DNA of 64,000 nt, taken from contig CAVOXA010000010.1 of assembly GCA_963700285.1 (NCBI GenBank), positions 992,001 to 1,056,000 of the forward strand. The letters run 5' to 3'. A program made the position numbers and the translations under genes. The DNA comes from an uncultured Chloroflexia bacterium. Its GTDB lineage: Bacteria; Chloroflexota; Anaerolineae; JAAYZQ01. Under the pieces are notes generated by a model, which saw only the letters and a list, made by a program, of their open reading frames with translations, was not told the DNA's origin and ran no database searches. Below, piece after piece: positions 49,026 through 60,665 of the stretch (its first letter is position 1; the number at the start of each line of letters is the position of its first letter).

Positions 49026-50762
49026 TTGACCCTTCAGTCCAAGCGGTGGCAGATTGCGCCACAAGTTGACGAGCAACAGTTGGCGCGCTACCCTGACCTG
49101 GCGCCGCTTGTCGTCCAGTTGCTGCACAACCGCCGTCTCGATGATCCAGACCCGGTCCACGATTTTCTGGCGGGCCGTGCCACCATGGACAATCCCTTCC
49201 GGCTCAAGGGCATGAGCGAAGCCGTAACCCGTCTTCGACGAGCCATCGACAAAGGCGAACAGATCGCCGTGTACGGCGACTTTGACGCCGACGGCGTGAC
49301 CGCCACGGCCCTGCTGGTGCAGACGCTGTCTGCACTGGGCGCACAGGCGATACCCTACATCCCCGACCGCGTGAAGGAGGGCTATGGCCTGAACTTGGAT
49401 GCGCTGCGAAAGCTGTATTCCCAGGGCGTCCGCGTCGTGGTCACCGTCGATTGTGGCATCCGCTCGGTCTGCGAGGTCGAGACGGCAAGCAAAGGACCGG
49501 GCAAGAAGGGCCTGGACATTATCATCACCGATCACCATACACCGCTCGACAATCTGCCGCCGGCCCTGGCCATCATCAACCCCAAACAGCCGGATTGTTC
49601 CTATCCTCACCAGAACTTGGCTGGCGTGGGCCTGGCTTACAAGCTGGCCCAAGGTCTGCTGCGCGCCCAATCAAGAGCCGGTCGAGGCTGCGATCTCAGC
49701 GAGGATTCGCTACTCGACCTGGTGGCCCTGGGCACGGTCGCCGACCTGGCCCCCTTGCAGGGCGAGAACCGCTCCCTGGTGCGGCGCGGCCTGGAACTCA
49801 TGAACGAAGTGCAGCGCCCTGGCATCATGGCCCTCATGGCTGATGCCGGCCTGCGGCGCGGTGAAGTAAACGCCACCGCCATCGGCTTCCGCCTGGGGCC
49901 ACGTCTCAATGCAGCCGGCCGCATGGATACGGCCATGCTGGCCTACCGGTTGCTGACCAGCATGGAACCCCTGGAAGCAAAAGAGCTGGCGGGAGAACTG
50001 GGCAAGCTCAACCGGGACCGCCAGGCAGCAACCGAGGTGATTGTCGCTGCTGCCGAGAAACAAGTACAGGCTGACGACCCAGATGCCTATTTCCTTATGG
50101 CCGCCGGTGAGGACTTTCAACCCGGCATCGTCGGCCTGGCAGCCAGTCGCTTGACAGAAGAGCACTACCGCCCCGCCGCTGTCGTCGAGCTAGGCAAGAA
50201 GAAAAGCCGGGGCTCTTGCCGCTCCATCCCCGAGTTCAACATCACGCGGGCATTGGACCGCTGCGCGGATATGCTGATACGCCACGGTGGTCACGCCGCC
50301 GCCGCCGGCTTTACCATCGAAACTCAAAACCTGAATGCCTTGCGCCAGCGACTGCAGGCCATCGCTGCTGAGAAGCTGACCGGGATAGACTTGCGACCTA
50401 CCCTGCAAATCGACGCCGAAATCAACCTCGAAGAGGTCAGTTGGGCAACCCACGCCCAGATGGGCGAGATCGAGCCCTGCGGCATCGACAATCCACAACC
50501 CGTGCTCCTCAGCCCGGGGCTGAAGGTACGCGACCGGCGCGCTATCGGTAAGGAGAGCAAGCACCTCAAGCTCACGCTGAGCGACAGCCGGGGCGTAGCT
50601 TGGGACGCCATCTACTTCCGGGCTGGCCATCTCCTGGGTGAAATTCCCAGTCGGGTCGACGCGGCCTACACCCTGGAGGCCAATGAATGGAACCACCGCA
50701 AGCGCCTGCAGCTCAACATCCAGGATCTGAGACCAACACCCATTGGGGAAAGCAGCCTTTGA
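49026..50762 (+). CDS. recJ: Single-stranded-DNA exonuclease RecJ
   Basis: YGDFDADG, EGYG, TVDCG, TDHH, GTVAD, PRLNAAGR, GGHAAAAG. Confidence 0.96.
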   Translation: MTLQSKRWQIAPQVDEQQLARYPDLAPLVVQLLHNRRLDDPDPVHDFLAGRATMDNPFRLKGMSEAVTRLRRAIDKGEQIAVYGDFDADGVTATALLVQTLSALGAQAIPYIPDRVKEGYGLNLDALRKLYSQGVRVVVTVDCGIRSVCEVETASKGPGKKGLDIIITDHHTPLDNLPPALAIINPKQPDCSYPHQNLAGVGLAYKLAQGLLRAQSRAGRGCDLSEDSLLDLVALGTVADLAPLQGENRSLVRRGLELMNEVQRPGIMALMADAGLRRGEVNATAIGFRLGPRLNAAGRMDTAMLAYRLLTSMEPLEAKELAGELGKLNRDRQAATEVIVAAAEKQVQADDPDAYFLMAAGEDFQPGIVGLAASRLTEEHYRPAAVVELGKKKSRGSCRSIPEFNITRALDRCADMLIRHGGHAAAAGFTIETQNLNALRQRLQAIAAEKLTGIDLRPTLQIDAEINLEEVSWATHAQMGEIEPCGIDNPQPVLLSPGLKVRDRRAIGKESKHLKLTLSDSRGVAWDAIYFRAGHLLGEIPSRVDAAYTLEANEWNHRKRLQLNIQDLRPTPIGESSL

Positions 50763-50831
50763 CACCAAATGTGCTGTGTTGCACGCTATAGGTCAGACGA
50801 AAACCCTGCACGGGACAGGAAGGGAAACCAC

Positions 50832-52370
50832 GTGGAGAGAAAACTTCAAGAACTCGAGGATCGCCTCACAGAAATCAACAATCTCAGGTCCGCGGCGGCG
50901 GTGCTCGAGTGGGACCAAACAACCTACATGCCTCCAGGAGGCGCACCGGCGCGCGCCCGCCAAATCGCCACATTGGGGCGGCTAGCCCACGAGAGGTTCA
51001 TCGATCCGGCCATTGGCAAACTGCTGGATGACCTCCGGCCCCACGAGGAGAGCCTGCCCTATGACTCGGATGGTGCCAGCCTCATCCGAGTGACCCGCCG
51101 TGATTACGAGCGGGCCACCAGGATCCCTCCATCGTTCGTGGCCGAGATCGAGAACCACGCGGCAGAGTCTTACCAGGCCTGGACGGTGGCCCGCCCGGCA
51201 GACGATTTTGGCGCGGTGGAGCCCTATCTCGAGAAGACGCTGGATCTGAGCCGCCAGTATGCGGACTTTTTCCCTGGCTACGAGCACATTGCCGATCCCC
51301 TGATCGACGAGGCGGATTACGGGATGAAGGCATCGACCCTGCGCATCCTCTTTGCCGACCTGCGCCAGCAACTGGTACCCATCGTGCAGGCCATCACCGC
51401 CCAGCCTCCAGCCGATGATTCATGCCTTCGCCAGGCTTTCCCCGGGGCCCAGCAGGTGGCTTTCAGCACCGAGGTCATCGAGCGGTTCGGCTACGACCTG
51501 GGTCGGGGCCGGCAGGACATCTCTCCTCACCCCTTTACCACCAACTTTTCTATCGACGATGTGCGCATCACCGTCCGCGTCCAGGAGGAGTTTTTGGGCG
51601 AGGCGATGTTCAGCGCCTTCCACGAGGCCGGCCACGCCATGTACGAGCAAGGCGTAGCCGTCAACCTGGAAGGTACTCCGCTGGCCGAGGGCACATCGGC
51701 CGGCGTACACGAGAGCCAGTCGCGCCTCTGGGAGAACCTCGTCGGCCGCAGCCGCGGCTTCTGGAGCTGCTTCTACCCCCGGCTGCAGGCCATCTTCCCC
51801 GACCAATTGGCCGCTGTACCTCTGGATACCTTCTACCGGGCCATCAACAAGGTTGAACGTTCCCTGATCCGGACCGATGCCGACGAGGTGACCTACAACC
51901 TGCACGTCATGCTGCGCTTCGACTTGGAGCTGGCACTGCTTGAGGGCAACCTGGCTGTGCGGGATCTGCCCGAAGCCTGGCGCGAGCGATTCAGAGCCGA
52001 TCTGGGCATCGTCCCGCCTGACGACCGCGACGGCGTACTGCAGGACGTCCACTGGTACGGGGGCGTGATCGGCGGCCGGTTCCAGGGCTACACGCTGGGC
52101 AATATCCTGAGCGCCCAGTTCTATGAAGCGGCACTGCAGGCCCATCCCGAGATCCCGGACGAAATCGCAGAGGGCAAGTTTGACACATTGCACACCTGGC
52201 TGAAGGACGAGATCTACCAACACGGGCGCAAGTTCACCGCCCCAGAGCTTGTTGAACGCGTCACCGGTGGCCCCATGCGTATCGAGCCCTATGTGCACTA
52301 TCTCTGGAAAAAGTATGGGGAGTTGTGTGCGTTGCCTGTGGCCAGTACTCCCCCTCCTCCCAGCGATTAA
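50832..52370 (+). CDS. Carboxypeptidase, M32 family
   Basis: WDQ.TYMP, HPF, HEAGH (HExxH), HESQSR, IRTDADE, QDVHW. Confidence 0.95.
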   Translation: MERKLQELEDRLTEINNLRSAAAVLEWDQTTYMPPGGAPARARQIATLGRLAHERFIDPAIGKLLDDLRPHEESLPYDSDGASLIRVTRRDYERATRIPPSFVAEIENHAAESYQAWTVARPADDFGAVEPYLEKTLDLSRQYADFFPGYEHIADPLIDEADYGMKASTLRILFADLRQQLVPIVQAITAQPPADDSCLRQAFPGAQQVAFSTEVIERFGYDLGRGRQDISPHPFTTNFSIDDVRITVRVQEEFLGEAMFSAFHEAGHAMYEQGVAVNLEGTPLAEGTSAGVHESQSRLWENLVGRSRGFWSCFYPRLQAIFPDQLAAVPLDTFYRAINKVERSLIRTDADEVTYNLHVMLRFDLELALLEGNLAVRDLPEAWRERFRADLGIVPPDDRDGVLQDVHWYGGVIGGRFQGYTLGNILSAQFYEAALQAHPEIPDEIAEGKFDTLHTWLKDEIYQHGRKFTAPELVERVTGGPMRIEPYVHYLWKKYGELCALPVASTPPPPSD

Positions 52371-52469
52371 CCGGGAGGAAGAGGTTTGGGAAGGGGAGGA
52401 AAAAAGAGAGCTTTACCCGCAGGACGTTGGGAGAAGCTCGGTGACAGCTCAACTTGCCCATTTCGGGCT

Positions 52470-53415
52470 TTAGACGAGCAACACACCCCCATCCACAAGA
52501 CCGACAAGTAGGGGAGCATCCGTGTCGAGGCCCTGAGGAGCCTCGACACAGGCCAGGCTCTCACCAAATTCCGCACCTGGCCTCCATTCTGTCCAGGACC
52601 GCCCGCCATCGCGAGACAGGAGCAACCCATCGCTGAGCATTACCAGGACATCGAGCCTTCTCGGGGAATTCCGGAGAGAGAAGGATGGCGTTGACAGCGC
52701 TGCGGATCCGGTCTTCGCCCAGACGCATCCAATTGCGCCCCCCGTCCTCTGACCGGTAGAGACCGTGGGATTCCGTGCCGGCAAACAGAACGCCGTCCTC
52801 GGAGTATGCAGGCGACAAGGCCAGGCTGAGTACTGGGGCCAGATCGAGGGCAAAGTCCACCTCTCGCCAGGCGCGCCCCCCATTCGTGCTGCGAAAGATG
52901 CCCGAGTCGACGCCCACGAACAGCGTCTCATCTCGCGCAAAGTCCAGCGAAATGGCCAGGCAGATGGTGTTCAGGTCCAGAAGGCCAAAGTTCCAGGCGA
53001 CCCAATTCCCACCACGGTTGGATGTACTGAACACGCCGTCCTCAAGCGTGCCTGCCAGCAGTATGCCATCACGGGCATAGTCCGGCGAGATGACGAGGGA
53101 AGAGATCACCGGAGGTGGCGATGGCAACTGGACCACATCCCAGTGCTCGCCCCCGTCAAAGGAGCGCAGGATACCACCCGGCACGCCTGCAAACACTGTC
53201 CGGTCGGAGGCGAAATCGGGTGACATGGCGATGGCCATCGTCGGCAGCGGGGCGCTGAGGTTCAGAGCCACGTAGGCTGGCTGCCAGGTCCCCCCGCCAT
53301 CGTCGGAGCGGTACAGGCCCGAGCCCCGTGCCGCAAAACAGATCCCATCCTGTGCAAAGTCAGGCGAGGTCGCAAGGGCGTAGGTGATATCCTGAAGCCG
53401 TATCTCTTCGGTCAT
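52470..53415 (-). CDS. BNR/Asp-box repeat beta-propeller protein (frameshift near 52640)
   Basis: Repeated SxDGGxxW and SPDFA.D units; no signal peptide. Confidence 0.8.
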
Positions 53416-53476
53416 TTGATCTCCGCTCTGAAAGTCAACATGCTGAATTGGTCGTGCTGGTGCCCGCAAGGCGAGT

Positions 53477-53512
53477 GGTCGACTCGCGAATCAAAGGATC
53501 CGCGAGTCGACC
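53477..53512 (-). terminator. Stem-loop after the isomerase gene (terminator or stability hairpin)
   Basis: 12-bp perfect inverted repeat GGTCGACTCGCG/CGCGAGTCGACC; no clear U-tract. Confidence 0.5.
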
Positions 53513-53537
53513 GCAGGCAAAACCAATGCTGCCCTTG

Positions 53538-54965
53538 CTAGTGATTGTGCCGGTATATATCCCAGCCCAGGTAGGTCGTGATCGCCTCTTGGAGCACATC
53601 TGCACAGTGGTCTCGGGTCAGGGCCACGTGGTGCTCAAACCCGTTCTTGCACACGTAATCCATGAGACACTGAAGGTTTTCCACCTTGCAGACCGCGGAT
53701 CCGCCATCAATAGCGACAGGATCATCAGTGAACTCGCCCTCACCCAGGTAGGCTTTGATGATACCCTTGGGATCATCGGTGGACATGCGGAAGAAGGTCA
53801 TCGGTCCTGCAGCGACCTGGCCCTTGAGGGCACCAAAGCACCGATCCTCTCCCAAGGAAGCTCCCAGGACATCCAGGCTGGAGATTTCGACCTCTTTTCC
53901 CATGAAACTCATGGGGTAGTTGCTGCAGTGGACATTGATGCATTTGTCCCGATCCTCTCCATAGTTGTTGTTCCAATCCTGGAAGCCCGGTGGATTCCCC
54001 GAAGCCAGCAACAAGGCGTACATCGAAACCGCACCGACCACATCTACCTCACAAGCGCTGGGCAAAAGGCGTTCTCCCATCATGCTCATCGACAGGCACG
54101 TGGCGCAACCATAGTTCTTCTGGATCGAGTCCCAGCACTCGACAGCGCTGGCATCGCACTCGTTGTCGTCCATCCAGCGATCGAGCACAATCGATAGCTT
54201 GGCCTGCCTGAGGATCTGCTCCACTGGGATGTGCTCGGGAATCCTGCCATAGTCCCTGATCTCGGCCAGCTTGTTTTGAACGGCCTTGTCGTCGTCTCTG
54301 AGGGCCTGAGCACCAAAGATGATCTCTGACAGGTCGACGGGAATGACGGTGATCCCGGCGGCCTGGAGGATCTTTTCGCTGAAGCGCACGGTTTGGAAGG
54401 CCGCCGGCCGCGCACCAATGGCGCCGATCCGCGCGTGCTTCAAGCCCTTGACCACGCGGCACACCCGCGCAAAAGAGTCCAGATCCTTGGCAAAGTCATC
54501 GCTGTCGATGGGGTAGGTGTGAAGAGAGGTGTTGGTGAAGGGAATACTGTACTGGTACAGGTTGTTGCACACCGAGAGCTTGCCGCAGAAAGCATCCCTG
54601 CGGTTTGCTACATCCAGTTTGTCCAGATCATCGTCACAGGCCTGGACCAACACCGGGACATCCAGCTTGGCCATGTCCAGAGTCTGCACAACTCCGAGTT
54701 CGTCGCCAAAGTTGGGAAGGATGATCACGACGCCGTCGATCTCGTCTGCCTTCTCCTTAAAGAGCTCGGCGCACAGTTTCGCATCACTCAGGGTCTCGAT
54801 AGCGCCGTTGGGCGTGGCATCCTCGGGCGGGATGACATAGTCATAGCCCAGCCCATCGAGCTTGGCCAGCAATTGCGGGCGGGCCGCTGATGCCAGAGCG
54901 GGGTTGAAAAAACCGCGCGAAGCTACTATCAAGCCAAAGGTAGTCTTTTTCTCCATGATTCTCAT
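53538..54965 (-). CDS. L-fucose/L-arabinose isomerase family protein
   Basis: NFGDE, RRDAFCG, ECW, ACEVD, DWNN, HCSN, GFEHHVA. Confidence 0.85.
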   Translation of the reverse strand: MRIMEKKTTFGLIVASRGFFNPALASAARPQLLAKLDGLGYDYVIPPEDATPNGAIETLSDAKLCAELFKEKADEIDGVVIILPNFGDELGVVQTLDMAKLDVPVLVQACDDDLDKLDVANRRDAFCGKLSVCNNLYQYSIPFTNTSLHTYPIDSDDFAKDLDSFARVCRVVKGLKHARIGAIGARPAAFQTVRFSEKILQAAGITVIPVDLSEIIFGAQALRDDDKAVQNKLAEIRDYGRIPEHIPVEQILRQAKLSIVLDRWMDDNECDASAVECWDSIQKNYGCATCLSMSMMGERLLPSACEVDVVGAVSMYALLLASGNPPGFQDWNNNYGEDRDKCINVHCSNYPMSFMGKEVEISSLDVLGASLGEDRCFGALKGQVAAGPMTFFRMSTDDPKGIIKAYLGEGEFTDDPVAIDGGSAVCKVENLQCLMDYVCKNGFEHHVALTRDHCADVLQEAITTYLGWDIYRHNH

Positions 54966-55041
54966 TTTGTTCTTCTCCCTTTCTTTCTAAAGGTTTTTGC
55001 CTTACACATTGTCTGTCCAATGCCAACACGGATAAGGAATA

Positions 55042-56238
55042 CTAGTCTCGTTTCCACCTGGCAGGCGTCCATTTTCTGTCGCTTTTGCTGCTCTCGACCA
55101 CTCTTTCCACGAAAAAGACCCCCCGCGCCCCGTCAAAGACAGTAGGAAAGTCAAGCTCCAGCTCAGTAGGCTCTGCGCCCATGAGCTTGGCCCGCATCGT
55201 GTCTGTCGCATTGACATAGACGTTTGCAAAGGCTTCGAAAAATGCCTCTGGGTGACCCCAGGGCAGACGCGCGGCGCGCTGCGCTGCCTCGCAGAGATAG
55301 TCGTTGCCACGCGACAGGATCTGCACGGGCTCTTCAGCAGGAGCATAGGTGAGATAGTTGGGGTGCTCCTGATGCCAGGTCAAACCCGCTTTGGTCCCAA
55401 AGACCCGGATGTTAAAGTTGTTCTCACAGCCCGCGGAAATCTGAGAGGCGGTGAGAAAGCCTTTCGCCCCGCTCGTGAAGCGCAGCAAGACCATGGCATC
55501 ATCATCCAGGAGACGGCCCGGCAGAAAGCTGGTAAGATCGGCGCAGATCTCGTCCAACTCAAGGCCAGTGATGGTACGCATGAGGTTTTCGGCATGGGTA
55601 CCAATGTCGCCGATGGCCCCGCCCAGTCCGGCGCGTTCGGGATCGGTACGCCAGTCCGCTTGCTTGTGCCCAGAGTCCTCCAGTTTGGTCAAGAGCCAGC
55701 TCTGCGAGTACTCGACGATCACCTTGCGGATCTCGCCCAGCATTCCCTGTTGTACCATGTGTCGCGCCTGTTTCACCATCGGGTAGCCTGGATAATTATA
55801 GGTCACGGCAAACACAACGCCTGATTTTTCGACGGAATCAATCAGGCTGGCCGCCTGTTCCGAGGTATGGACCATTGGCTTATCCAGAATGACATTAAAG
55901 CCAGCGTCGACAAAGGCCTTGGCAATGGGAAAGTGGAGATGGTTCGGCGTAACAACGGAGACAAAGTCGAGACGATCCCCTTCGGGCCGGGCATACTCTT
56001 TCTCTAGCATCTCCTGCCATGTATCGTAGGCGCGATCCGCGGGGATGTGCAGATCCCTGGCCGAAAGCTTGGCTTTTTCCGGGGTCGAGGACAGCGCCCC
56101 GGCCACCAGCTCCACGTCGCCATCCATGGTGGCTCCTTTGTGGTGCACCGAACCAATAAAGGAGTCCCGCCCACCACCCACCATGCCCATCCTGAGCTTG
56201 CGTTCAAAGGTTGTTGTACTGTCTTTGCCGTGTACCAT
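55042..56238 (-). CDS. Gfo/Idh/MocA family oxidoreductase
   Basis: GMVGGG..FIG..H, TPNHLH, DKP, WRTDP, DIGTH, GHPE. Confidence 0.92.
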   Translation of the reverse strand: MVHGKDSTTTFERKLRMGMVGGGRDSFIGSVHHKGATMDGDVELVAGALSSTPEKAKLSARDLHIPADRAYDTWQEMLEKEYARPEGDRLDFVSVVTPNHLHFPIAKAFVDAGFNVILDKPMVHTSEQAASLIDSVEKSGVVFAVTYNYPGYPMVKQARHMVQQGMLGEIRKVIVEYSQSWLLTKLEDSGHKQADWRTDPERAGLGGAIGDIGTHAENLMRTITGLELDEICADLTSFLPGRLLDDDAMVLLRFTSGAKGFLTASQISAGCENNFNIRVFGTKAGLTWHQEHPNYLTYAPAEEPVQILSRGNDYLCEAAQRAARLPWGHPEAFFEAFANVYVNATDTMRAKLMGAEPTELELDFPTVFDGARGVFFVERVVESSKSDRKWTPARWKRD

Positions 56239-56262
56239 GGATTATCCTTTCCATTGAAGGTG

Positions 56263-57843
56263 TTAGCCAGACACCATCTTGTGCCACAGGGCCTCGGCCC
56301 GGTGGGAGCTGCGTACCAAGGGACCCGCCGCCACGCCACGAAAGCCCAGGCTTTCTGCCTTGGCCTGGTAGCTGGCGAACTCGGCCGGCGGGATGTAACG
56401 GTCCACCGGAAGCTGGCGATCCGTCGGCTGGAGGTATTGGCCCAGCGTCAGCAAATCGCACCGTGCCCGCCGCAGGTCATAAAGGGTCCGCAACAACTCG
56501 GTCCTGCTCTCTCCCAGCCCCAACATCAAACCCGCCTTGGTCACCATGCGCGGCGCCAGCGCTTTGGTCCGGGCCAGCACACCCAGTGATCGCCGGTAGT
56601 CAGCCCCCGGACGCACAAGAGGATAGAGTCTGCACACTGTCTCGAGGTTATGGTTCAAGACATCCGGCTCGGTGGCCAGCACTGTTTCCAGCGCTCTCTG
56701 CGATCCGCCAAAATCTGGAATGAGTACCTCGATGACTGTCCCAGGCGACCGGCGGCGTGCAGCAAGCACGGTTGTCGCAAACTGCCGGGCCCCACCGTCG
56801 GGCAGATCGTCCCGCGTGACCGAGGTGATGACCACATGCTGCAGGTTGAGCCGGACGACCGCTTCGGCCACACGCGCTGGCTCACCAGGATCCACCGGCG
56901 CGGCACTACCCCGCCTCACGGCGCAGAAACGACAGCCCCGGCTGCAAGAGTCGCCAAGGATCATGAAGGTCGCCGTGCCTTGGCCAAAACACTCGGCAAT
57001 ATTGGGGCAGTGGGCTTCCCGGCAGACGGTATGGACGGCCAAGGTGCTCGAACAAACGCTCCATGCGGTCCACGGCGCTCTCTACCTGAGGCGAGGTGCG
57101 CCGCCACAGCCAGGCTGGCTGCTCGGGCACCCTGACACCGTGTCCCATCAAGGTAGACTCCTGCCCTTCCATCACCTTGCATGCAAATACCTGGCCGAAG
57201 GTCCGCCTAAAACGCTCGGCCACTTGCTCTAGATCTGGTGTCCAACCCAGCTCGCTCGCCATTGAGGTCACTCCGGCATCGGCGTTGCCGCAGGGGATGA
57301 GCAGTTCAAAGTGCGCCATTTCAGGAGTCACATTGAGCGCCAGGCCATGACGAGTGATCCCGTCCCGCACAGCCAGGCCCACTGCCGCGATCTTGTTGCC
57401 AAGTCCTCTGCCATTTGATGAGGCCATCCACACGCCTGGATGGCCATCTACCCGCTGCGCCTCCAGGCCATAGGAATTCAACATCCGGATGGCCGTTTCC
57501 TCAAGCCGCCAGACGTAGGCGTGAAGGTCGCCGTCGGGTGGCCTGAGAATCAGATAGATCACAAGCTGTCCAGGGCCATGGTAGGTGGCCCGACCGCCAC
57601 GGTCTGTCGGGAATACGCGGACCCCCAACTCGCGCAGCGCCGGCGCAGTGGCCAGGATATCGTTTTCAGCCTCCGCCACGACCAATGGTGATCACAGGCG
57701 GATGCTCGAGCATGAGCAGTGTATCACCGATTGCCCCTGAGGCTCGGGCCAGGGCTAGATCCCCTGCAGACGCGAACTCTGTTCGTACTCGACCGTACCC
57801 AGACGGTACGCCGTCACAACGTTCACCAGCTACCTCTGATCAT
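56263..57843 (-). CDS. lipA: Fused octanoyltransferase LipB - lipoyl synthase LipA, frameshifted
   Basis: EHPPVIT, DRGG.ATYHGPGQL, KIAAVG, HGLALN, PCG followed without a stop by a linker into HTVCREAHCPNIAEC, CSRGCRFC, RSS. Confidence 0.8.
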
Positions 57844-57862
57844 GGGCTTGGTTTGCCGTTCC

Positions 57863-59262
57863 CTACCAGTCAGGCAGGTGCAGCGATCGCTTCTCGACAT
57901 CCATCGCCGCGTCCACCAATGCCTCGCCGATGGCCGGGTGTGCAGGAATGAAGCGCATCAGTTCGCCAACAGTGGCTTCTGACAGCATGGCGACACTCAC
58001 AGCGTTGACGACTTCCACGGCGCCGGGTGCCATCACGTGGGCGCCCAGGATCTTGCCATACTTTTTGCTGGCAATCACCTTGATCATGCCGGCCGTCTCG
58101 TCCAGAATCATCGCGTAGGGATTGATGGCCATTGGAACCTTGCCGATGCTCACCTCGATGTCCTGGGCTTCGGCTCGCTCCTCGGTGAGACCCACCCATG
58201 CAACCTCAGGCCAGGTGTAGAGACAGCAAGGCACAGGGTCATAGTCCATCTTGGTGGACTTGCCCATTGCATTCTCGGCTGCGACAATGCCTTCAGCGTT
58301 CGCTATATGTGACCACATGGGACCGGCGGACTTGGATATGGGCGAGGCGATGTCACCAACCGCATAGATGCTGGTGACACTGGTCCGCATGGTTTCGTCC
58401 ACCAGGACGGCACCGGAATCCATCTTGAGCCCCAACTCGCGTAGACCAAGCCCGGTTGAATTCGGCAGGCGGCGACCAGCAAGCACCTTGTCAGCATGCA
58501 CCTCACCTTTGCCCTCCGCCAGGATGACAACCAGCGAGCCATCATCAACCTGGTGAATCGCCTCCACGTCCATGCTTCTCTTGATGGCAATCCCATCATC
58601 ATGAAGCAGCTTACCCAGGCGTTGCGCAAGCTCGCGATCAGCCTCCGGGCAGCAATTGTCCTCCACTTTCGATAAGGGTCACTTTGCTGCCCATTGCGTG
58701 GAAGTACTGCGCCAATTCGACATCCCAGGGCTGGCTGCCCAGGATGACCATGCGCCGGGGAATCTCGCGCAGTTCCACTGCCTCTTCTGTGCCAATGACA
58801 CCAGGCAGGTCTGCCCCCTCGATGGCTTGCTGAGCAGCGACCGATCCCGTAGCCAGGACAATGCTGCGTGTGCGGAACAGCTCTCCGTTGACTTCCACGG
58901 TTTCCGGGGCGACGAGCCTGGCCCAGCCTTCAATCAGGCGTATACCCCGATCGATGAGCAACTGCTCTGTGCCCATCCGCAGGCCTTCGATGATCAGATC
59001 CTTGCGCTTGTGCAGCACCTCCATGTCGACGAAGGGTTCTCCCACCTGGATGCCGTAGCGCTCCGCCTTGCCAAGGGCAGCCATCATGTACGGCCGCGCG
59101 CATAAGCACCTTGGATGGGATGCAGGCCATGTTCATGCAGTTGCCGCCATAGAGGGCTCCCTCTATGAGAGTTATCTTGCCGCCCAACTGCACTGCCCGC
59201 ATCGCTGCGGCAAAGCCGCCGGAGCCCGCACCGATCACGATAAGGTCTTGTACATCCTCCAT
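57863..59262 (-). CDS. lpdA: Dihydrolipoyl dehydrogenase (E3), frameshifted
   Basis: GAGSGG, GGNCMNMACIPSK redox disulfide, ATGS, GD, HPAIGE. Confidence 0.88.
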
Positions 59263-59265
59263 AGT

Positions 59266-60583
59266 CTAGGCCTTTCCCTCGGCAAAGATCAACGCAGGAT
59301 GCTCCAGCAGTTCCACGAGGGTCTGCAGAAAGGCTGCGCCCGGCGCTCCATCCACGACACGATGATCGATGGTCAGGCTGAGCGTCATCCTGGATCGCGC
59401 CGCGACTTGGCCGTCGGACAGTGCAAGGTGCTGGCTGACAGCTCCCGCACCCAGAATCGCTACCTCTGGCGGGTTGACAATAGGTGTGAAGGCATCTACC
59501 CGGTACATTCCCAGGTTGGTCACGGTAAAGGTTCCACCGGTTACCTCGTCCACCGAGAGCTGGTCCGCACGGGCGCGCTCAGCCAGATCCTGCAAGGTCC
59601 GGTGGATCTCCTGGATGCTCTTTTTATCAGCCGCTCGTACCACCGGCACGATCAAGCCCTGGTCCAAGTGCCACCGCTACACCCAAGTTGATCTCGTCGT
59701 GGCAGACAATTTGCTCACCCATCAGTGTGCTGTTGAGGATCGGATGTTCTCGCAGCGCCACGGCCACAGCTTTGACAATCAGGTCGGTGTAGGAGACGCG
59801 CGTACCCCAACGCCGGCACATGGCATCGCGCAAGCCGACCAATGACGTCACATCCGCATGGCTGGTCAGGGTGAGCTGGGCCATGGAGCGCAGGCTGTCC
59901 ATCATGACCTCGGCAATGGCCTGGCGCCTGCCGGCAAAGGGGAACACCTTGGGCAGGTCATCATCAAGGGGGCCCTGTCTCTCCAAGACGCGCAGCACAT
60001 CATCTTCCGTGATGCGGCCATCCGGGCCTGTCCCTTGAATCCGGGCCAGATCCAGGTTCTCTTCTTCTGCCATCCGGCGGGCCAAAGGGGTAGCCGCGAT
60101 ACGAGACTGTTCGTCGTGAAAAGTCTGCACATCCTTTTCGCTGATGCGACCGCCCCGGCCGCTACCCTGTACCTGGGTGATATCCACACCCAGTTCCTTC
60201 GCAAGCCGCCGGGCGGCTGGAGAGGAGCGGACCTCACCGGGCCTTTCGTCCAATCTCGGCGCTGGGTCCGGCGTCTCTGCTGTGAGAACGGCATCATCCG
60301 CCACGGTTGCTGGCGCTGTCGCTTGGTCGATCTCGGGCATGGCTTCGCCAGGCTCCAGGATGACGCCAATGACATCAGCCACTCTGCGGCTCTCCTTGGA
60401 TTGAGTCACAATACGCAGGATGCCAGAGGCAGGAGCCTCCACCTCGTAGGTGATCTTTTTGCTCATCACCACGACGACAGGCTGGCCTTGCTCCACCTGT
60501 TCGCCGTCCTGTGCGAGCCACTTGACGACCTTGCCCTCGGTCATGGTCAAGCCCAACTTGGGCATAGTCAGTGTTGTTGCCAT
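59266..60583 (-). CDS. Dihydrolipoamide acyltransferase (E2, AcoC-like), frameshift near 59665
   Basis: MPKLGLTMTEG lipoyl domain, two E3-binding repeats (SPAARR, TPLARR), GGTFTVTNLG, DHRVVDG. Confidence 0.9.
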
Positions 60584-60665
60584 CCCCTCTCCTTAAAGTT
60601 CGCGGATTACTTGGCACTATGAGCGAACTATTGCATGTCCACGCCCTGCCACTCGGAGCGTAGGG

